Shown here in pieces: positions 39,655 through 45,225 of a stretch of DNA of 45,225 bases; position 1 is the stretch's first letter; each line of letters opens with the position of its first letter. The translations under genes and the position numbers were made by a program. Origin of the DNA: an uncultured Bifidobacterium sp. (GTDB lineage: Bacteria > Pseudomonadota > Alphaproteobacteria > SMXS01); contig CAZVVC010000001.1 in NCBI GenBank assembly GCA_964630425.1, forward strand, positions 1-45,225, read 5' to 3'. The notes under the pieces are model-generated. The model had not been told where the DNA came from and made no database searches. It saw nothing but the letters and a program-made list of their open reading frames with translations.

Positions 39655-41511
39655 ATGGACCAGAACACCCGACTCGCCCCCTTCCTGCCGATCCCGCACG
39701 CCGAGCCGCGGGGCAGGATGACCCGCCGCGCCGACGGCACCATCCTCGTCGACACCCTGCTGGAGCTGGGCGAATACGAGAAGAACGTGGTCGCCTTCCT
39801 GCACCGGTGGGCGGCCGCGGCGCCCGACCGGCTGTGGATCGCCCAGCGCGCCAGGGACCGGACCTGGGAAAGCGTCACCTATGGCGAGGGCCTGGCGAAG
39901 GTGAACGCCCTCTCGCAGGCGCTGCTGGACCGGGGCCTCGACGCCGCGACGCCGGTGATGATCCTGTCGGGCAACTCCATCAACCACGCGCTGCTGGTGA
40001 TGGCGGCCATGCAGGTGGGCATCCCCGCCTCGCCGGTTGCGACCGCCTATTCGACCATGCCCGGCGCGCACGCCAAGCTGCACCACGTCTTCGACCTGAT
40101 CGGGCCGAAGCTGCTGTTCGTCGAGCAGGGCGCGCCGTTCGAGGCCGCGCTCGCCACGCTCGACCTGAGCGGCGTCGAGCTGGTGGTGCACGAGGACCCG
40201 CCGCGCGGCGTCAGGGCGACCCCGTTCAGCGACCTGCTGGCGGCGACGCCCACGGACGCGGTGCGGGCCGCCTATGACAGGACCGGCCCGGACACCGTCG
40301 GCAAGTACCTGTTCACCTCGGGCTCGACCGGGATGCCCAAGGGCGTGCCGCAGACCCAGCACATGATGTGCGCCAACCAGAAGGCCAACGGCATCATCTT
40401 CCCGCGCGATCCCGATCACGTGCCCGTGCTGGTCGACTGGCTGCCCTGGAACCACTGCTATGGCGGCAATTCCAACTTCAACGGCATGCTGAGCCAGGGC
40501 GGCTCGTTCTATATCGACGACGGCAAGCCGCTGCCCGAGTTCCTGGGCCGGACGGTCGAGAACCTGCGCGAGATCGCGCCCACCGAATATCTCTCGGTCG
40601 CCGCCGGCCACGCGCTGGTGGTGCACGCGCTGGAGGACGACCCGGCGCTGGCCCGCCACTTCTTCGGCAGCGTGCGCAAGCTGGGCTATGGCGGCGCCAG
40701 CCTGCCCCACGAGGTGTGGCAGCGCTATCAGGACCTGGCCGTGCGCGAGACCGGCCAGCGGCTGCTGTTCCGCACCGGCTGGGGCTCGACCGAGACCGGC
40801 CCGGTGGCGTCCACCCTGCACTGGCCCATCGAGGGCACCGGCAATGTGGGCCTGCCCATGCCCGGCACCACGCTGAAGCTGGTGCCCAACGGCGACAAGC
40901 TGGAGGTGCGGATCAAGGGGCCCAACGTCTTCACCGGCTATTACCGCCAGCCGGAGAAGACCGCCGAGGCGTTCGACGAGGAGGGCTTCTACCGGATCGG
41001 CGACGCGCTGGCGCTGGTGGACGAGAACGACATCAACCGGGGCCTGCGCTTCGACGGCCGCGTGGTCGAGGATTTCAAGCTGACCTCGGGCACCTTCGTG
41101 TCGGTGGGCACCCTGCGCGTGCAGGTGAACGAGGCCTGCGCGCCTGCGGTGGCCGACAATCTGATCGCCGGCCACGACAAGGATTTCGTCGTCAGCCTGC
41201 TGTGGCCCAACGTGGCCGGCTGCCGCCGGATCGCCGGCGTGGGCGAGGAGGTCCCCGTCGAGGACCTGATCCGCCACCCGAAGGTCGTCCAGCACGTCAG
41301 GGACGGCCTCGCGGCCCACAACCGGAACAGGCCCGGCTCGTCCACCCGCATCCAGCGGGCGCTGCTGATGGCCGAGCCGCCGTCGATGGAGCACCAGGAG
41401 ATCACCGAGAAGGGCTATGTGAACCAGCGCGCCGCGCTGGAGCGCCGCGCCGGCCTGGAAGCGAAGCTGTTCGAGAAGACGCCCGGCGAGGGCGTCATCG
41501 ACCTGGGCTAG
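39655..41511 (+). CDS. Feruloyl-CoA synthetase-like CoA ligase
   Basis: Fcs/FerA-like signatures KYLFTSGSTGMPKGV, LVDWLPWNH-x2-GG, YIDDGKP, FDGRVVEDFKL-x-SGT-x-VSVG-x-LR and EITEKGYVNQRA. Confidence 0.85.
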   Translation: MDQNTRLAPFLPIPHAEPRGRMTRRADGTILVDTLLELGEYEKNVVAFLHRWAAAAPDRLWIAQRARDRTWESVTYGEGLAKVNALSQALLDRGLDAATPVMILSGNSINHALLVMAAMQVGIPASPVATAYSTMPGAHAKLHHVFDLIGPKLLFVEQGAPFEAALATLDLSGVELVVHEDPPRGVRATPFSDLLAATPTDAVRAAYDRTGPDTVGKYLFTSGSTGMPKGVPQTQHMMCANQKANGIIFPRDPDHVPVLVDWLPWNHCYGGNSNFNGMLSQGGSFYIDDGKPLPEFLGRTVENLREIAPTEYLSVAAGHALVVHALEDDPALARHFFGSVRKLGYGGASLPHEVWQRYQDLAVRETGQRLLFRTGWGSTETGPVASTLHWPIEGTGNVGLPMPGTTLKLVPNGDKLEVRIKGPNVFTGYYRQPEKTAEAFDEEGFYRIGDALALVDENDINRGLRFDGRVVEDFKLTSGTFVSVGTLRVQVNEACAPAVADNLIAGHDKDFVVSLLWPNVAGCRRIAGVGEEVPVEDLIRHPKVVQHVRDGLAAHNRNRPGSSTRIQRALLMAEPPSMEHQEITEKGYVNQRAALERRAGLEAKLFEKTPGEGVIDLG

Positions 41512-41515
41512 GCGC

Positions 41516-42355
41516 ATGGCCGATTTCACTGTCCGCACCGCGACCCGCGAGGAACTGGGCACGCTCGTCGGCTGGGCGGCGCGGGAAGGCTGGAACCCCG
41601 GCCTGCGCGACGCCGACTGCTTCCACGCCGCCGACCCCGACGGCTTCCTGATCGGCCTGCTGGACGGCGAGCCGATCACCGCCATCTCGGCGGTGTCCTA
41701 CGGCGTCTCGTTCGGCTTCCTGGGCTTCTACCTCTGCGTCCCCGAGCACCGGGGCAAGGGCTACGGCCTCAGGACCTGGGACGCGGGCATGGCGAGGCTG
41801 GAGAAGGCGAGGACCATCGGCCTCGACGGCGTGATCGACCAGCAGGCCAACTACGCCAGGTCCGGCTTCGTGCTGGAGCACCGCAACATCCGCCACGGCG
41901 GCCGGCCCGTTACGGCGCCCGCCGATCCCGGCATCCGCCCGCTGACCGCCGGGGACCGGCGGCATGTGGACGCCATGGACCTGGCCTGCTTCGGCTTCGC
42001 CCGGCCCGCGTTCCTCGACGCCTGGCTGAACGCCGAGGGCCACCGCGCCATCGGCTGCTTCGAGGGCGCGCGGCTCGACGGCTTCGCCGTCACCCGCCCG
42101 TGCCGCGAGGGCACCAAGATCGGCCCGCTGTTCGCCGTCTCCGCCGAGGTCGCCGAGCGCCTGTTCGACGCGGCCGCCGCCGGCACGCCCGGCCCCGTCT
42201 TCCTCGACACGCCCGAGCCCAACGAAGCCGCCGCGCGGCTGGCCGGGAAGAAAGGCCTGACACCCGCGTTCGAGACCGCCCGCATGTATCTGGGCCCCAA
42301 GCCCCTGCTGCCGCTGGGCGAGATATTCGGCATCACCAGCTTCGAGCTGGGTTAG
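41516..42355 (+). CDS. GNAT family N-acetyltransferase (tandem, YitH-like)
   Basis: WAAREGWNPG...FLGFY...HRGKGYG...IGLDGV...KIGPLFA...FETARMY...ITSFELG. Confidence 0.88.
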   Translation: MADFTVRTATREELGTLVGWAAREGWNPGLRDADCFHAADPDGFLIGLLDGEPITAISAVSYGVSFGFLGFYLCVPEHRGKGYGLRTWDAGMARLEKARTIGLDGVIDQQANYARSGFVLEHRNIRHGGRPVTAPADPGIRPLTAGDRRHVDAMDLACFGFARPAFLDAWLNAEGHRAIGCFEGARLDGFAVTRPCREGTKIGPLFAVSAEVAERLFDAAAAGTPGPVFLDTPEPNEAAARLAGKKGLTPAFETARMYLGPKPLLPLGEIFGITSFELG

Positions 42356-42410
42356 GGCAAAGTCGCGCGAGCGGGATCGACGGCCGCCGTTCGAACAGCC
42401 GATCCGCCAG

Positions 42411-42545
42411 GAACCGCTTCGCGGTGCCCCTCACCCTATCCCTCTCCCCGTCGGGGCGAGGGGGGGCTGCGTTTGTGGGGCGGCACGGCTTCCCCTTCTC
42501 CCCGCCGGGGAGAAGGTGGACGCCCGCAGGGCGGCCGGATGAGGG
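42411..42545. repeat. Composite REP-like palindromic element between convergent GNAT and SDR genes
   Basis: CCCCTCACCCTATCCCTCTCCCC-GTC-GGGGCGAGGG and CCTTCTCCCC-GCC-GGGGAGAAGGTGG...CCGGATGAGGG, arranged head to head. This is a repeat type widespread in Alphaproteobacteria. Confidence 0.8.
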
Positions 42546-42573
42546 CCGCCGCGCAAGCGGCACGCCGGCGCGT

Positions 42574-43317
42574 TCACACCCGCAGCATCAGCCCGCCATC
42601 CACCCGCAGCCCATGCCCGGTGACGAAGCCGCCCAGGTCCGACGCGAGGAACAGCGCGCCCTTGGCAATGTCGATGGGCTGGCCCAGGCGCTTCAGCGGC
42701 GACTTCTTGGCCCACACCGCGGCCACGTCCGGGTTCTCGTGCATGGCCGTGGTCATGCCGGTGACGATGGCGCCGGGCTCGATATAGTTGGCGGTGATGC
42801 CGTGGCGGCCCTCCTCCAGCGCGATGGTGCGGGTGAGGCCGGCGACGCCCGCCTTCGAGGCGCAATAGGCGGCGAGGCCGAAATCGGTGCCCTGGGCCAT
42901 CACCGAGGCGGTGTTGATGATGCGGCCCGCGCCCGAGTCGCGCAGATGCGGGATCGCCGCCCGGGCCAGCCGGAACTGGGCGGTGACGTTGACGCTCATC
43001 ACCCTGTCCCAGTGGCTGTCGGGCATGTCGGCCGTGTTGGCCCGGCCGCTGACGCCCGCGTTGTTGAACAGGATGTCGAGCCGGCCCCAGGTGGCGACGG
43101 CGGTGTCGACGATCTTCTCGGGCGCGTCGGGCTGGGTGATGTCGTGCTCCAGGCCGACGATGTCGTCATAGTCGCCGTGCGCCTCGACGAGGCCGTGGCC
43201 CGGCAGGTCGACCGCCAGCACCTTCGCGCCGTGATCGGCGAAAAGCCGCGCGCTGGCCCGGCCGATGCCCGAGGCCGCGCCGGTGACGATGGCGACCTTT
43301 CCCTCGAGCAGGCGAAT
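42574..43317 (-). CDS. Short-chain dehydrogenase/reductase (SDR)
   Basis: Motifs LEGKVAIVTGAASGIG, NNAG, YCASK and VDGG. The start is unresolved: GTG 43368 overlaps the divergent gene, while ATT 43317 and CTG 43311 follow GGAG. Confidence 0.92.
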   Translation of the reverse strand: MRLLEGKVAIVTGAASGIGRASARLFADHGAKVLAVDLPGHGLVEAHGDYDDIVGLEHDITQPDAPEKIVDTAVATWGRLDILFNNAGVSGRANTADMPDSHWDRVMSVNVTAQFRLARAAIPHLRDSGAGRIINTASVMAQGTDFGLAAYCASKAGVAGLTRTIALEEGRHGITANYIEPGAIVTGMTTAMHENPDVAAVWAKKSPLKRLGQPIDIAKGALFLASDLGGFVTGHGLRVDGGLMLRV

Positions 43318-43361
43318 GTCTCCGCTTGCCGGACGTTGCAGACGTTCGCTAGTTGTTGGTG

Positions 43362-44942
43362 ATGACACGGCTCCATACCCTCCCTGACGTGATCGATGCG
43401 GCGGCGGCGCGGTTCCCCGACCGCGTCGCCCTGATCTGGGACGACGAGCTTATCACCTATGGCCAGTTGGGAAAGCAGGCCGCTCACGTGGCCGGCGGAC
43501 TGAAGGCGCTGGGCTTCGGCCCCGGCGACCGCATCGCCTTCTGGCTGGGCAACGTGCCTGCCTATGTGATCCTGCTGCTGGCCTGCGCCCGGCTGGGCGT
43601 GGCGGCGGTGGCGGTCAACACCCGCTTCGGCGCGGGCGAGGTGGCGGATATCGCCGGGCGCGGCGGCGCGAAGGCGCTGGCGCTGTGGCCGGCCCTCGAC
43701 GGCATGGCCAGCGACGCCATCCTGGCGCGCATCGACCCGCTGGCGCTGCCGGCGCTGGAGATGCTGATCGAGGTGGGTGGCGGCTCGGTCACCGCGCCGG
43801 GCTGGGAGAACGCGCCGCGCGTGCGCTTCGAGACCCTGCTGGACCATGCGCCGCTGGACGGCCCGCTCGCCGCGCCGGAGATGGACTGCGCCACCTTCAC
43901 CACCTCGGGCACCACCGGCGCGCCCAAGATCGTGGTGCAGCCCCAGCACGCCGTCGCCCGTCACGCGCGGGACGTGGCCGCCGGATTCGGCTTCGGGCCG
44001 GAGACGGTCTCGCTCCAGGCGCTGCCGCTGTGCGGCGTGTTCGGCTTCGCCCAGGGGGCGGCGGTGCTGGCGGCGGGCGGGCGGCTGGTGATGCTGGCCA
44101 GATTCGACGCCGCCACGGCCGCCGGCCTGATCCGCCAGTGGGGCATCGACAGCTTCTTCGCCAGCGACGACATGATCCAGCGCATCCTGGACGCGGGGCC
44201 GGCGCCGTTCCCCAGCCTGAGGTTCATCGGCTATGCCGCGTTCAATAGCGCCCTCGAGGACATCACCGAGCGGGCGCAGGACCGGGGCGTGGTGCTGCGC
44301 GGCCTCTACGGCATGAGCGAGTGCATGGCGCTCTATGCCGTGCGTCCCCTGGGCGCGCCCGTGGGCGAGCGCAGGAAGGGCGGTGGCCGGCCGGTGTCGC
44401 CCGAGGCGCGGGTGCGCGTGAGCGACCCGGAAACCGGCGAGCCCCTGCCCGCGGGCGAACCCGGCGCGCTGGAGGTGGCCGGCCCCAGCCTGTTCCACCG
44501 CTACGACGGCGACCCCGCCGCCACCGAAGCGGCCTTCACCGAAGACGGCTTCTTCCGCACCGGCGACCTGGCCCGGATGGAGCCGGACGGCGGCTTCGAG
44601 TTCCTCGGCCGCATGGGCGACGTGCTGCGCCTGGGCGGCTTCCTGGTGAACCCCGCCGAGATCGAGGCGCACCTGCAAACCCATCCGTCCGTCCACGCCG
44701 CGCAGGTGGTGGCCGTCGGCACGGCGCGGGGCATGAGGGCGGTGGCGTTCGTGATCCCGCGCGAAGGCCATGCCTGCGACGAGGCCGCGCTGCTGGCCCA
44801 TTGCAGTACGTTGACCCGCTACAAGCAGCCGGTCCGGTTCGTGTCGCTGGACGCCTGCCCCGTCACCGAGAGCGCGAACGGCGTGAAGATTCGCAGGGCA
44901 GAGCTGCGCCGCATGGCGGAAACCTTCATCCCGCTTGCCTAA
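43362..44942 (+). CDS. AMP-binding CoA ligase
   Basis: Motifs TTSGTTGAPK, YGMSE, FRTGD, GRMGDVLRLGGFLVNPAEIE and NGVKI. Probably leaderless from ATG 43362, with TTGCCG-N17-CTAGTT upstream. Confidence 0.9.
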   Translation: MTRLHTLPDVIDAAAARFPDRVALIWDDELITYGQLGKQAAHVAGGLKALGFGPGDRIAFWLGNVPAYVILLLACARLGVAAVAVNTRFGAGEVADIAGRGGAKALALWPALDGMASDAILARIDPLALPALEMLIEVGGGSVTAPGWENAPRVRFETLLDHAPLDGPLAAPEMDCATFTTSGTTGAPKIVVQPQHAVARHARDVAAGFGFGPETVSLQALPLCGVFGFAQGAAVLAAGGRLVMLARFDAATAAGLIRQWGIDSFFASDDMIQRILDAGPAPFPSLRFIGYAAFNSALEDITERAQDRGVVLRGLYGMSECMALYAVRPLGAPVGERRKGGGRPVSPEARVRVSDPETGEPLPAGEPGALEVAGPSLFHRYDGDPAATEAAFTEDGFFRTGDLARMEPDGGFEFLGRMGDVLRLGGFLVNPAEIEAHLQTHPSVHAAQVVAVGTARGMRAVAFVIPREGHACDEAALLAHCSTLTRYKQPVRFVSLDACPVTESANGVKIRRAELRRMAETFIPLA

Positions 44943-44971
44943 ACCGCCCCGTTCCCCTACATAGCCGCGCC

Positions 44972-45225
44972 ATGACCGGTCGGCTTGAAATCGTCAAGGC
45001 GTTCACCTTCGAGGCGGCGCATCACTTCCAGCACATGCCCGTGGGGCATGGCTATCAGCGCATGCACGGCCATTCCTATCACGTCGAGGTGGCGCTGACC
45101 GGCGAGCCCGATCCGGTGTCCGGCTGGGTGGCCGATTTCGCCGAGGTGGCGCGGGCGCTGGAACAGGTGCGCGAGACGCTGGACCACAATCTGCTGAACG
45201 ACGTCCCCGGCCTGGCGACGCCCTC
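44972..45225 (+). CDS. queD: 6-carboxytetrahydropterin synthase / PTPS family protein (3' end outside window; absent from the ORF track)
   Basis: Translated by hand: MTGRLEIVKAFTFEAAHHFQHMPVGHGYQRMHGHSYHVEV...GWVADF...LDHNLLNDVPGL. It has the FEAAH, HGHSY and LDH motifs. Confidence 0.88.
   Translation, partial: MTGRLEIVKAFTFEAAHHFQHMPVGHGYQRMHGHSYHVEVALTGEPDPVSGWVADFAEVARALEQVRETLDHNLLNDVPGLATP

Noticed and set aside
38617-41685. 1022-aa minus-strand ORF, and other long shadow ORFs (3234..5303, 13372..15474, 16770..18818, 36566..38782)
   Set aside because: They are antisense or off-frame to well-supported genes and have no recognisable motifs. Such ORFs are expected in high-GC DNA.

Overview
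A GC-rich, densely coding chromosomal window that looks alphaproteobacterial. That assignment rests on gene order: tsaD..gpsA-yciI-EVE, DUF1674/htpX..rsmB, chorismate mutase-hisC-tyrA divergent from metX-metW, gloB/methyltransferase, and phbA-phbB divergent from phaR. About 45 genes can be supported. They comprise housekeeping metabolism, a metal block (bfr, bfd, arsC, csoR, TolC-family lipoprotein, Tat-exported multicopper oxidase), an orphan PAS-PAS hybrid kinase, an intact ParDE-type toxin-antitoxin pair, and a ~14.5 kb CoA-dependent catabolic region (MFS, APH kinase, acyl-CoA dehydrogenase, three CoA ligases, TonB-dependent receptor, crotonase, GNAT, SDR). I see no rRNA, tRNA, CRISPR array, transposase or prophage. 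I cannot support a clearly new multi-gene system. The best leads are: (1) a degenerate ~125 bp MITE/CIR-like repeat in two copies that supplies stop codons and marks a gene truncation; (2) an antitoxin whose toxin appears deleted in frame to a 16-codon stub; (3) a CsoR-controlled outer-membrane protein plus oxidase module whose oxidase has Asn at the conserved catalytic Asp; (4) a feruloyl-CoA-synthetase-like ligase paired with a non-canonical crotonase and a TonB receptor; (5) a possible transcript-isoform hairpin switch on bfr; (6) a QueD lacking its Cys. All calls come from motif recognition by eye; no searches were run.
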